From Saccostrea cucullata (Eukaryota), in NCBI RefSeq assembly GCF_032062105.1, contig NW_026921645.1, forward strand, positions 1 to 64,000: a DNA stretch of 64,000 nucleotides, written 5' to 3'. The translations under genes were made by a program, and so were the position numbers. Position 1 is the stretch's first letter; every line of letters begins with the position of its first letter. Of this stretch, positions 36,349-49,400 are shown piece after piece. The notes beneath the pieces were generated by a model. The model made no database searches. It saw nothing but the letters and a program-made list of their open reading frames with translations, and was not told the DNA's origin.

Positions 36349-37983
36349 CAGTTCAGATGGCATTGATCACTATTGTTGCTGTCTTTTCTTTTCTTTTTTA
36401 TCTGCATATTGATAAAAGAAATAAGTATAATTCAAATAATTTATGCACAATGTTATAAGGTGTTGGAGGAAATAGTGACGAATTGAATTTACATTTATTA
36501 TCTTTTTTTTATCTCTATTTTTTAATATTATCTATAGATGGATAGTGGATAGTGTGAAAGGGTGAGTGTGTTTGTGTGTAAGGCATAAATGTAAATATGT
36601 TCATCTATCTCTTTGTTTATTATGAGAAAAAATATAAATAAAAAAAAAAAAAAAAAAAAACTGAGCTATCGATCTGGCCACCGGCGATCGAACCCGGCTG
36701 ACCGCCACATTCCGCCCTCCTTAAAGTTCTTTAACCCTCCAAAGACCCCAACCCAGGCTTATCCCAGGCAGGTCTCTCACCTGTCAATTCCAGGGCATGG
36801 CACGGCACCAAATGTAACGGGAGTGGAGAAAATGCAGCGGACCAGACAGGGATTCGAACGAGACTTACCCAATATAGGAGGAGGTGGAAAGACTGTAACA
36901 GGATATTTTATACCAACAAAGAGATTCGAACCAAACTGGTAAATTGAATGTTTTAATAAAGAAGAAAATGAGCAGGACAAAGATAAGTAAATGTGAAAAT
37001 TAGGTATTCTCTTGGAAGATTTTTAACATTAAAATGTGTACTATTACAGAGCTTTGCAGAAGTTTGCCTCTTTCGTGGAACGTAGCAGCGTTGTTATAAT
37101 TATTGATATCACAAAGTAGTTTAACCAAAAAAAAAAACCCGAAGAATTTTGGTTTTTCATAACCTTTATTTGAAAAAAAAAATCAAGTCTACATTAAGTA
37201 CTATGAAAGAACAATGTTTAAAAATCTTTAATTTTGATACACAAATTATATTAGCTCTAGACCAATGATTCTTAAGTCTGCATATGGTCATTGCAATATA
37301 TAAAGTGATTTATTTCACAGTTTTGTTCTAAGAACTTGGAATTTGGTTCATTTCGAAAAATTTTCCCACAATTTTCGAAATTATTTAGGTTATGTGGGAA
37401 AAAATAAGTAATTAACCCATCACCAAGTCTATTAAAAAGCACACACACGCAAAGTAAAAGAAATACAAAATTTGTCTTGTTTACATGTTTGAAGAAGAAA
37501 TAATCACATATGAAATCGAACTTCATTACCATAACGTTTCTCAATTAAAGGTTATCATTTTGAGTTCACATTTCAAATTGTTCACACCAAAATCGTTAGT
37601 TCATCAGCTGATCAGAGTTCTGTAGCTCACACGGCCTCAGTAACTACTTAATTCCATTGGCATACTAAAGTAGGGTTGGTTGTATACCTAAAGAATTCAA
37701 TTTGACATTTTACTACAGTTAATTCCAGCATTATACATACACAGTCTAAGTAATACAAAGAAAAAGTTATTTACTTTGCTTTATCGAAAATGTTTATTAT
37801 CTTGCCATTTAAGATTAAAACTATTCAATGGAATGTCTTAGTAACTTGTGTATAATATTCATTGCATACTATTGTTAAAAAGTATTTGATTTTCGAATAT
37901 TCCATCATTTTTGTCAAATGATAAGCTTTAAAAGCATTATTACTAGACAAAATGTTTTCACATCTTCATTTTCTACGCCTATT

Positions 37984-40900
37984 TCATACTTGTCCTCCGC
38001 AGGCTCCACTTCCGTACATTGTCGGCGTGCGCATGTTCCTACGAAGAGCCCGGAGCTCTTCTTTTGTGCGCATGCTTCTTTCGTTCAAGGTGTCAAAATT
38101 GGATTTCATGCTTGATAGAAAAGTTCCATAGCTTTCCTCTGCTACCGATAACTCTAAATTAATCATAATGTACATTATTTTTTAATACTCTTGTATGTTT
38201 TTTAAATGAAGTAAAATAGTGTGTATTAGTTTGATACCCTTTTCAAAAGCACTAATGCTCGGTTCGTAGTCGTTTTCTTCATATGAATCTGTATATGCCC
38301 AATTTTCTTGGTGTTTCTCAGTTGCACTATACGTTGACACCTAAATCAAAAATTCAGCATTACTCCGATTAGAATGATTCAAAATATACAAAAAAAATCA
38401 AGCAAAATTAATGTGAGCATTGGTGTACCTTATTAGCCCGGTTCTCCAAACTAATGTCTATCCTGGGGATTCTCAGATTGTACTTCATATTCAAACGCCT
38501 TTCTGGCACCGGGGATAACTAAAAAGGCAGACAAAACAATGAATTAAATCTACCACATATACCGAATTGTACGTTAAGCTATACCCTTGTAAATGAATTT
38601 GGTCTCTTCAATGCCGAATGATGTAAATTTACAAGCATTTGGAGAATGCAGACCTTTGACTCTTGTTTCTTGTTTAATGGTAAGCCCATATCAAAGCGTA
38701 GACGACGGATTTCCTGTTTTAACTCCAAACTTTTAGCACTGATGGCCAAGAAGTTAGACTTGCATTGATCAAGGAACTCTCCATATTGATTTTCCATCTC
38801 TAGTTCTTCTGAAAGTTTTAAAAATAGAAATTCATTTCATGCTTGTTAATTACAGCAAAAAAGTTAAAAATGTAAGCATGTTTTATACAAAATATAAAAC
38901 AAATGTTTAAGATGAAGTCATCGAATAGTGTTACAATCTCTGGAACACAGTTTAAACAAAACAAATAATCAACAGGGCAAACATGCGAATAGGGATCAGC
39001 TGCCTCGGAGGAATAAGCATCCCTTGTGAATTGGTCACAACCGCCGTAAATTTTATGTATTGAACAGATAAACGAAGAACTTCTTAGTAAAATTTAGATT
39101 AAAACGTATGCTGTAACAACTGTATAAAATATCAGATGAAATACGAACCATCTTGAATAAAATCTTCCTCGTCCCCTTCGAATTCCTCCTTGTCATAATT
39201 AACTGGGGAATAGTTTGGTGTCCTTTGGAGTATTGGCATCTTCTGGAAAAAAAGACCATGAATTATTTTAATATACGTAATTTTGAACTATTTTATCTTT
39301 AATCTGCTTTGGATTTTTGTTTATAGCAATTGAAAGAATGTAAAGAAACAACTGCAGTCCTACTAGAACTGGAGACTTCCTCTCAAGATGTTTTGGAATT
39401 GTAATCTTGGTTGGAGTGTAGTAATTTTGTACGGGTTCCTCGTCACCGCTTTCGTACCCCGGTGAATACATGGACCGGGGGGTGTACGCCGGTGAGACCT
39501 CCTCCTCCTGTCTCCTAGGTGTGGCCAGTGAGGTAACAGAAGGTATGTTGATGTCTGTGTATGGAGATCGGGAAGAGGTAGGACGACTTTTTATGCTATA
39601 CCCCGTGGATCTTCCACTGGCCAAAGTATTGTATGCCGAATCATAAGACTCATTCAAAGTGTCGGGCTTCCACTTTATGTCGCTTAATTCATTATCCAGT
39701 CCGACTAACTGAAAAAGAAAGAGGGGGAAAGTTTCATAGAAGATAAAAAAAGGGTTATCTCAAGAAGTAAATATGTATTAAGTTCAAATATTTAACTTAC
39801 GTCGTCTTTAGAATTAGATACGTAGTGAGAATTTTCCCACAAGTCCAAGTGTGATGAAGAATTAGTCATTTGTTCACGTGCTTCCTGTAGATTCCTCTTT
39901 GATCGAGTACACCTTTGTTTCAGGCTTTCACACTCAGCATGTAACTTTCTCAGGGAGTCGCCGTGCCTTTTCTCCAGAACTGATTCTGCGAGGAAACATA
40001 CATGTACAATACAAATGGAACCACAGATTAGATAGCCTCTCATATTGATTTCAATTTACCTTCATCATCTGACGCTAGAGATCCAACGTCTAAGTTCAGA
40101 GCCAACTCATTCCACCTTGTTCCTGCAGTGATTGGCTTGCCTGTCAATCTTGGAGTGGAAGTCTGATATTTCATTGGAAGTACAGGCGACCGTGACGTGT
40201 CATTAAATGACGAAGTTACAGGGAGGGTTTTAACCTCACTATCCACCATATCCTGACAAAGTGGCATCTACAAATACGGTATAACATGACTACTGATTTT
40301 ACGTAATGAATAAGATTATTTGAAAAAAAAAACCATTTCTATTTTCAATACAACATTCAATTAAAATTATCATCTTACAGTTTGATATATCTTTAAGTTT
40401 TCAGAAAACAGCTGCTCGCAACTGTCAAATCTTGACCTGAGTCGCTGAATATCTTGCTTTAAATTTTCCGTTTTTCTCATGAGATCATTTGATTGCTGCT
40501 CACACATACGCAGGTAGTGCCCATGTTGTCTTTCACAGAGAATACTCCCAGCGTCTGAAAGAAGATACCTCCAAATATTACTTGAACATGTAAGTTATAT
40601 GATTTCTGCAAACCTAAGCACGATATTCACCTACCTTTTCCTGTTATATGGGTGTCTACCAAAGCTTTCTCTGAATCCTTTATGCATTTTTCATATTTGG
40701 CATAATCTATTTTAAAAACAGCTGTAGGAATTCGAGTATTTCCCAGAAAGTTATTCTCTTTATAAGCCGATGATGTGTCCTCCTTTTCATTTCCAGAACT
40801 GGAAATGGAGCTGTCTACTGGAAAGGACTTTGGCTTGATATCATCAGTTGATGATTTCAATGAGATTCCCTGGTCATACTTCCGAGGAATTGGGTCCAGT

Positions 40901-43028
40901 GTCCAGTCATTAGCCACATGCAGGTTTCTCCTGAACATGTTGCTGATCGAGGAAAGACCATTAGAGAATTTCTTTCTGTTCATCTGGCTTTGAGCATACG
41001 TCACAAAGGTGGGACGGGCTGGAGGTAGCACTCGCTCCTGTCTGTAACATGTTGGCTGAGAAAACACAAATGGCGGTGATTAAAGCTGTGATTTGAAATT
41101 CATAGACTGAATAAAGAAACATCAAACAAGTACCTTGATGAATGCAGGGTCCAGACTTACTCCAGGACTCTTGGTGATATGGAAATCTTCATAAGGTAGG
41201 TATATTTTACGTACATCATCATCCAAATCATTGTCGATAAATTTCCTCATCATTTCAATCTCTCTCAGCTAAAAGGGTATTTACATGTTTATTATTTAAC
41301 AAAAGATTCTCTCTTGCTGATATTTTTGAGAACAATTCAAGGAGTTATGATTGAAATCTAGAAATGTTTTTTAAGACATTTGTTTGCCAAAGAATGTTTT
41401 ACAAATATGCAGAGACTAAGAGACACCATGACTTATAAAATATGTGGTCTGGTACCAATTAATTTTCCTTTAATATTCCTGTTAGATTTGAATTTTTTCG
41501 AGCAGTAGAAATTTTCAAAAATATGATTTTAATTATTTTTTATGAATTAAAATTTAATTGTTGGTGACAAGTGTAATCACCTCTTGTCTAAGGACTTCCT
41601 CTGGTTGAGCTTTACTTTCAGGAACTGTCCAGGAGCCTCCCATTCGTAGACGAACATTACTCAGTTCCTTCCCTACAGTTAGACATTTTTCACTGAGGTA
41701 GTCAAATTTCTCCTTCATCCTCCTGAGAAGTGTTCCATATTCCTTTTCTTCGTCTTCATCTGCTCAAAATTTGAATGTTTTCGATTTGCTACATTTTTCA
41801 TCTAGTAGAAGGTTTAATAACTAGAAGGGCATTAGAACTATAAATCTAACTATTTTCAGTTGGTAAACTTGTAGACTAGAAAAAAGGAATAATGTTATGT
41901 GCAAAACACATATGTGCAAAACTTTTTAATAAAAAGATTGATTTAAACGATTTAAAAAAGAATAGGTCTTTTCAAAGTGGTATCTGAACCCTGAACCGTC
42001 TCTTTGAGCTAACAGTTTAGTATAAAATACTACTCTACACAGAAGACATGATAAGACTCACCGTCAAAATCGCTATCTCCCAAATCTACGGAACTGTCGT
42101 CCTCATTTTTGGGGATCTGACTTTCAGCTTGTACTAGCGGGTCTTGTTCACCAATATCGTCTGGTAGGTCCTCTACGTCAGAACCACACACGGAGACGTC
42201 AGACCTTGTGGAGTCATCTCTCTGATACTCCAGCTGACGAAGTATTTCTCTCTTATCCTCTGATATCGGAGGAACCTAATTCACAACCAAAACCAACAAT
42301 TACTGTGAGTTTTATATAGATTTCTCAACTATACCAGAAACTATCACATCGTTTCTCTTGGTTTAGGAATGAATACCATCGCCTACCTGATTATCCTGAT
42401 CAAACCTCTCCAGAATCCTTTTGGCCTCCTCGTCATTGGGTTCATTGTTGTCGATTCTTTGAATACTCTCCACTATGTCGTTATAATAATCATCTCCATG
42501 TCTCTTACTCATGTCATGGAGGACTTTGGTGAGGTCACTGGACAAAGAGGTGAACTCTTCTTCTGACAATGTCGCCTCTTCTCTCCTGTCTACAAGCTTT
42601 CTGTTGGCATCCCGAATCTGCTGAATGTTTCTAAGTTCGTTTTCTTCTAAAGCAACCGATCTTTCAAGAATGCACGTTGATATGTTGATAGTGAAACAGT
42701 CAGGGTCAATGTCGTTGTTAGCTTGGTAACAACAACTGCATTCTGCTTGTGATGCTCGCTCGCAATCTTCGTCCGTCTTCTGGAACAGTCGATTCCATTC
42801 TGCCAGGGTCAGGATGGACGAGGAGTTCCTGAATCCTTGATCACACTTGCAGCACTCCTTGGTTTTTTTGGAGTGGAAGAAGCCATGTCGGTGCAGATTA
42901 AGGAGCTGTTCTAAAGACGTGTTGAGGCGGGCGGTGACAGTCTTGACAGTCTTAATGAGAACCTGGGATGCTACATGGAGAAGAGATGACACCAGAAGAA
43001 AGTTCAACGACTCTTTAGACCTCGGCAT
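37984..43028 (-). CDS. ~1038-aa protein: N-terminal Cys-rich DZIP3-like HEPN domain (degenerate RxxxxH) plus five repeated helical modules in acidic, S/T/P-rich linkers
   Basis: Phase-consistent exons: 42387-43028, 42062-42275, 41581-41759, 41134-41268, 40635-41055, 40379-40554, 40060-40267, 39801-39985, 39364-39708, 39149-39242, 38654-38808, 38429-38518, 38238-38340, 37984-38153 (3117 nt). The exon 1 pattern HRHGFFH..CCKC..EWNRLF..CSCCYQA..IQQIR..LSEEEF resembles bivalve DZIP3-like HEPN domains. Confidence 0.75.
38925..39050 (-). mobile_element. Short Penelope-like pseudo-LTR remnant in an intron
   Basis: GGGATCAGCTGCCTCGGAGGAATAAGCATCCCTTG..GGTCACAACCGCCGT resembles 27705-27760 and 62260-62320. 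Confidence 0.6.
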
Positions 43029-46000
43029 TTCTTAACTTTGATAATGCTGAAAGTATAAACAACTCGCTGAAAGTATATACAACTCGCTGTCAAATTCTTT
43101 AGACATTTCTAGAATTAATCAAAGTCCAAATTGGCGTTTGCATGTCGTTTAGGCCTTAATGGAACTGACGAATTGCATATAACTAGTTATAAATTATGTA
43201 GATTTGTTAGTCGGGTAATGTACAACAGCTTTAAGTATTTGTTAAACTGTTTGATTAAATCCCAATGTGCACGACATAAGGTCAGGCTTTATTTCAATCT
43301 GGAACCGTATCAAAAACCTCAGATATTTGGGTTTGCCGATTAAATGATCAGCTAAAATTCCAGAATGAAGAATTTCACTTAATTTTGAATTACACATTCA
43401 ATTTCAGTTAAATTAAATAATGTTAACATGCATAAATTCTAATGGCTTTATGTGTCTAAATTTCACATTAATTTCTGAAATAAATCGCAATTAAAAAAAA
43501 TGATTTGATTGGGCTTTACTCGATTTTATCGTTGTTATATTATCAATTCTATAAATAATTGTGATTTATGTACGGGTCTTGCAATGAAATTTTATCTCCG
43601 TTTAATTCAGTGTCAGATCGATCGGGCTTCATCGTTCTATATATGTATTTAAATTTCAAACTGTTAAAAAGTGTTTACAGTATAATAGTGTACTACAAAT
43701 TAGCAGGGAGCTCTAAATACCTGAGGGTCTAGGCACGACTTGTCGGATCAAAGACTTAGACAAATATTTTCTGTATTAATAAGAATTAAAACAGCTTTAT
43801 TGACTAAAGTTTAGCCAGATTATGATATCAGATTAAAAGTGAGATGAAACAATATGGTAAAAATTATTAATTAACCTTCAATCAATGTGAAGACAAATAC
43901 TCCAATTATTACAGAATGTATTGCTAATATCCATGAGAGATATTTACTTTTTCACAAATATGATTTGCGTGTAAATAAATTTATTATTGAGAAATGCTTT
44001 CCCCTTTCCGAATTCACTAACTTTGCAAATAATATTAAAATGATACCGTGTAACTGTGTAACGATACCGTTCATTTGATAGAAAGCAGTAATTTGGGATG
44101 AATAGTAATACTTTCGATTTAATTTCTTTTTAATTTTAAATTTCAAAAAGTTTAATTTCTTAAACTTTCAGCTGTATAATCGAGGTAGCTATTGCATCAA
44201 TAGTAAGCATAGTAATAAGATGTCAAACCTTCACATATTGTTAGTCCATATTCCAACGTGGGCCTTCAAGCTCCAGGCCCATGACGAAAGTGAGGTAGGC
44301 AATTTATTTTTGGCAGTCGGGCTCAGTGATCATAAAGAACAAAACAAGTCTCAAAGACGGTTAACCTATTAAGCGGAGCATTGACTGTTAATAAAAAAGA
44401 CTACGTAAGTCGCCGGGATTTGGCAGTATATCAAAAACTGCCGAGTGTCGATAGCATAATTAATTATTTTTAAAATGATTTCTAATCATCTTAAAATCTA
44501 ACCGAACTCAAATAAAAATGTTCAATCAGGCTCGAAATGCTTATTATTGTGAAAGAATAGATGCATGGTTTAGTTTCTTATGTAATTTTTAGATTATAAC
44601 GTGCTAACCATCGTCAATAATTGAACCATTATCAGCATTACGATATTGAGTAATTTGAAGCTTAAAGTACATTCAATACAAAGATTTTGTTTATCTTGTA
44701 CACATACATTCTCATCTTGTACATATATATCGTCTACGAAAAGTGACAAAGCCTCTTAAATTCTATCAAAACTACAGCAGAAGGATATACCCTCAAAAAT
44801 GCGGGGCAACCCTGCCCCTTCCCCTGCACTTTATACGGGCTTGCAATTTAAATAATTGAAGAAATTTGTGCAAAAATTTAAACATAAACATTTGATCATT
44901 GCATCTGACTTTGATGTTTGAACGATTAAAGAGTATATGCACAACGAGGACATTTTTATAAGCATTTGACAGGAATCTGGGTGCACTTTAAAAGTGAATA
45001 TTTCGTTCAATTGCATGACACATGAAATTCTGGCATTCAATTGATATATCAAATTCATATGGAAAGGGAAATATTTTTTCCAAAGGATGTTTTGATTTGC
45101 TTGAAATAACTTGAAAAAAGGATAATACGAGTCATGTGCTATGAATTGTTACATTTATAAACACATTAAAGAATCTCTTGGTCATTTCTCCGCGATGTTG
45201 AAAGGTCATATTTGTACATTTTAATTTAACGAAAAAAAAAATCCATTTAATGTAAAATATAAATAATTTTTTTAAAAATAAAATAATTAAAAACAAGGAG
45301 ACCCAGAGACCATAAGAATAAACTTTTTCTATATAAAAACAATGCGGTGCTTCATTGTCATTTTAAAATCCACATATTAGTTGCATATGTGCGTCTTCCA
45401 CCCCAAACACTCATTAGGCCATTAATCGAGAAGTTTTTATTTCTCTTCTTAGAGAGTTTTAACTTGTTTTAATTCAATAAATTACGTTGTTTTCAGTTTA
45501 TTTTCATTTTTTTTTAAAATCTACAATAGAAAATTTCTTTAGTTGCACCGAGAACAAAAGAATTTCTTTCCTAATCTTTGAGTTTCACAGACCTATACCC
45601 TAGTCGGTTAAAGAACTTTAAAGCTTATGCTTCTTTATTAAATATATATAGTCCGACTTTAAAAAAATGTTCTTTCTTACTCTATCATTTTATAGGTGCA
45701 TATTCTTACGCGGTATTACTATGTTATACGTAACTATCAGGTTTTAGGTAAGCGGGCTTAAATATTACAAATTGACATTATGTATTATATTAATGTAAAT
45801 GTAACGCTTTCTATTGTAAAATCTATCCAATTATGGTCAACCGACCTGTGAACATTTCAACTATAAAATAATGTTTCATGCACACAATTCCTGCGGATAA
45901 CAAGCCAAAAAAAAACGTCAAGATATTATAAGCGAACAAAAAGAAAGATGTAAGTTTATCAAATGTTAAACTGCAGTTAATTTGGGCATGGTTTCTGATT

Positions 46001-46474
46001 AATGCTTGAAATAGTTTTAATATTTATGATCTTCTGAAATATCTATATAAATGTAAATACCAAGTATCTACATTTTACAATATGAATCAACGAAAGAGAC
46101 TATGTATATCTTACTTAGTCAGTAAAATCTAAATTGTAATCAAGTTGACCAGTGAGAAGATCAATATAAAAAAAGTTTAACCTCTTCCAGTCCGGGTTAG
46201 AATGATAAAATTGCCTGCTACAGTTCGAGCACATTTGACGTGTCTAAACTTTTTATGTTACTTCTTAAAGTTCCTCTGAAACATTTTGTTGATTTTTATT
46301 AAGGCAACAATAACATATGAATGTAAATATGTTTTAACATTGAAAAAGTAGAACTAGAAAAGTAAGTAATATCACAGTCTTAATATTGATATATGCGTTT
46401 GATCAATAAGTGACCGGTCCTATGTGTTCTGATTTTGATACAGTTTCACGCAGTATGTTGTACAGGAAGTCCGA

Positions 46475-49400
46475 TCACAATATAGAACAGGAGGATGATC
46501 CTGAGGAAGGTGTCCATGGATATACAGGAGGGAGGAGGGCGGGGTCAGGTTCCTGGAAGGGCTGAGAGAAATACACCCTGCAACATAAAGAAATGCATGT
46601 ACTGATAGCCTTAACATCGACTTAAAAATGCGTGGCGATGGTGGTCAATTTAAATGATCAGGTATGTATTATCTCTTCTTTAATACTGTTTTAGAATGTA
46701 AAGTTTATAGTATAGTGTATTGTACGTATATACTGCAAAAGAATTAACAGTCTATTATTTGTAAGTTTTAATGAACATTAAAAATGATTTTTATAATTTT
46801 CAGACCTGATTGCAGTGACGAAGTGTTTCCCGACCCCCGCGGGACTGATCACGTTAGATTTGCTGTTATCCACACCGAGTGGAGAATGTTGTTTGAAGAG
46901 GTAGGATACGGTATCAACAGTGTAGACAGGTACTCCTAGAAAAGTAAGTCAATGTTACTCACTGATAACATTGTCCAGTGCACAAATGTGATTTTGTTGT
47001 GTTTGACTTGTAACAACAACATATTGGAGAAATGTCTCTCAAATATCGAGATTTAAAGCTACAAAGAACATTTAGAGCAAAATTTGACTAGGAATAGGAA
47101 CATCCACAACAAATTAAAGAATATGATTTTTAGGCAAGGATATTCACAATTTTGTAAGAGGTACTCTTGCCCATCGATCATTAGCATGAATTTACTTGTC
47201 TGCAAAATACCCATGGTAAGAAGAAGAGGATTTTTAAAGAATGAAGGCATTTTCAGTGAATGATCAACAGAACTCCATCTTATCACTGGAATCCCTGATC
47301 AAGAAACCGTGATTTTCACAATGTGGAAGGAGATATACTTTATCATCATAATTTTGTTTGTTACATTTTACCTACATCTAACACCAGAGCCCTTGTATCT
47401 GGGTCTCTGATTTTTATAATTTTTTAGGAACCTTCGCTCATCAGAACAATGTGTTTACGTTGTCTGTTCAATTCTAAAGAGCAAAGATCTTTTTAAAGAA
47501 TCTGCAAATTTTCACTTTATGGTCCAAAGGGCTCAACCCTAATCAGAACCATGGCTCAGGGGCAAAAAATTTCGCTATTTTGAAAGAGGCTCAATTAAAT
47601 TATGCACTAACTTTGGTTGCTGAATATAAAGGGGGGAAAAGAATATCGACATACAACGACGAATCGAAGAAATCAGATAGCAAGAGGTCAACGAAATTGT
47701 GTGCCCTTATATATAATATCCTCGGTTACCAGTGACAAATCGTGTCTTTAACTAGACACCTGTTTGAAGACCAGGCGTGGGTATCCGACGTCGTATGCCC
47801 TGATAAACTAAATATACCTGTTGCTCTCAGCCAAGCTTCGATCCGGTACATTGTTTGTTGCATATTTTCAAATGACTTCGGTCCAGTACGAACGGGAAGG
47901 AAGAGTTTGGTGGAAAGGCCTGGCGGAAAGGAATTGGTTGAACTTCCGTTTACTTTGAAAATGCGAATTATCTGTAACTGTTTTCCTTCTGCAGTACCGA
48001 AGACAAAGTCATCGGTATCGTTCGATAGAACATCAACCTCACCTGAAAGGAAAAAAAAATCATACATTGTTCTGTTACAGCACTTTGAAAAACAGTTGGT
48101 GAAATCAAGAAAAGAAGATAGAATTGTACGATACCCATTACTTCCCGGTATTTCGATATATGAGTTTGTATATTGACAATCCGTCCTTCCTAAGAAAAAA
48201 AATCAGTATGAATACATATTTTTCATCAAAAAGTGCAAGCAGAAAAATCACTTTCGAATCAAGTGTTTGAAATAAAAAGGAACGTACTTTTAGTTCTGAG
48301 GGTGGATTTTTAGATAGACGTTCCAGTGTTTCATCGTACGTCTCAAACCTGGCAGGTGTCCCCATTCCAGGTTTATGGGTTACTTTAGGTATAACATCTA
48401 TCAATTCTGCGGAATATACAAGCAAAAAGAAGGGACAATATTTTAAGGCCATAATGGTCCCATATGCTAGGGTGCTGTTTTTAATATTCTGTACAATTAC
48501 CAAAGGTTTCCTGTGCTGAAGTTCCAATGATGTAGAATATCCGGAGAATCTGCGTGTAACGCCGTGATTTCCCGCCATTTTCATGAAACACTGTATTGTC
48601 AGGATCCACGTCTAACTTCTCATATCCCTCCGCAGCCTTTATCACGGCACACTCCACAGTCAAAATAGTTCCTTCAATAGCATGAAGAACTACTTCACAC
48701 AATTTTAAGACGATTGACAGTGCTCTGTATATCTCAACATTATTTTTATTTGTCTTAATATGTCCTATTTCATATTATTCTGACCTACCTCCAATGGGTT
48801 TACTCTTGAGTTCTTTGTTTAGCTTGTCTACAGTAGTTCTCAGTCCTTCGTATGATGCTATGGTTTGAACTAAAGCCGGACCGTGAAATCTGCGGCGTCC
48901 ATAGAAAGCGAAGGGTATGGATACCTTGTCTGGAACTCTGCTGTAAAGCCCCAACTGTTGAGGAGGCGAGGAACTTTTGTCGCGGGCATACAACCACAGT
49001 CTAGTAATGATAGATTAATATAGATTAATATGGACAAAATGACTGGATCACAATTATTTGCTCCAGTATACAAGTTTATTTTTCAAAATCTTTGAATTTT
49101 TACGACTCTTTAGTTCTTTAGTTCTTTGATTGAATTTTAAAGAGATTTACCTGATTCCATTGATGTAAACGTTAAACCCATACGTGGCCTCGTGAAATAA
49201 CATGCTTTCCATTATAACTTCCCCGCTTGGCTCTACCTTTCGCTCTACCGTCTCACATTTCCACACGCCGTACATTGGATTCTCTCGTAGCCAGTGGTTG
49301 GATGCCTGTATCAAAGTACTGTAAAAGTAAAACAAAAAGTGATTTGATGCCTGGATCAATGTACTATCAAAGTGAAACAAACAGTGAAAATCAGGAACCT

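Larger units (their letters stand above)
30963..36660 (+). mobile_element. Full-length young L1/Tx1-clade LINE
   Basis: TSD CTGAGCTATCGATC (30949-30962 and 36661-36674). Contains a 5' UTR, ORF1, ORF2, AATAAA and a poly(A) ending at 36660. Confidence 0.95.
30865..36860 (-). mobile_element. TRIM (biv-TRIM/Ajax-like non-autonomous LTR element) with tRNA-derived LTRs, interrupted by the L1/Tx1 insertion
   Basis: On the - strand: truncated 5' LTR ending GTTACA (36813); PBS TTTGGTGCCGTG (tRNA-His-like); ~100-nt interior; PPT AAGGAGGGCGGAA; 3' LTR from TGTGG (36709) through GGCCAGA-TCGA-TAGCTCAGTTGGTAGAGCACCTGA..GGTTCGATTCCCGGTCTGGTCC to GTTACA (30865). Confidence 0.8.
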
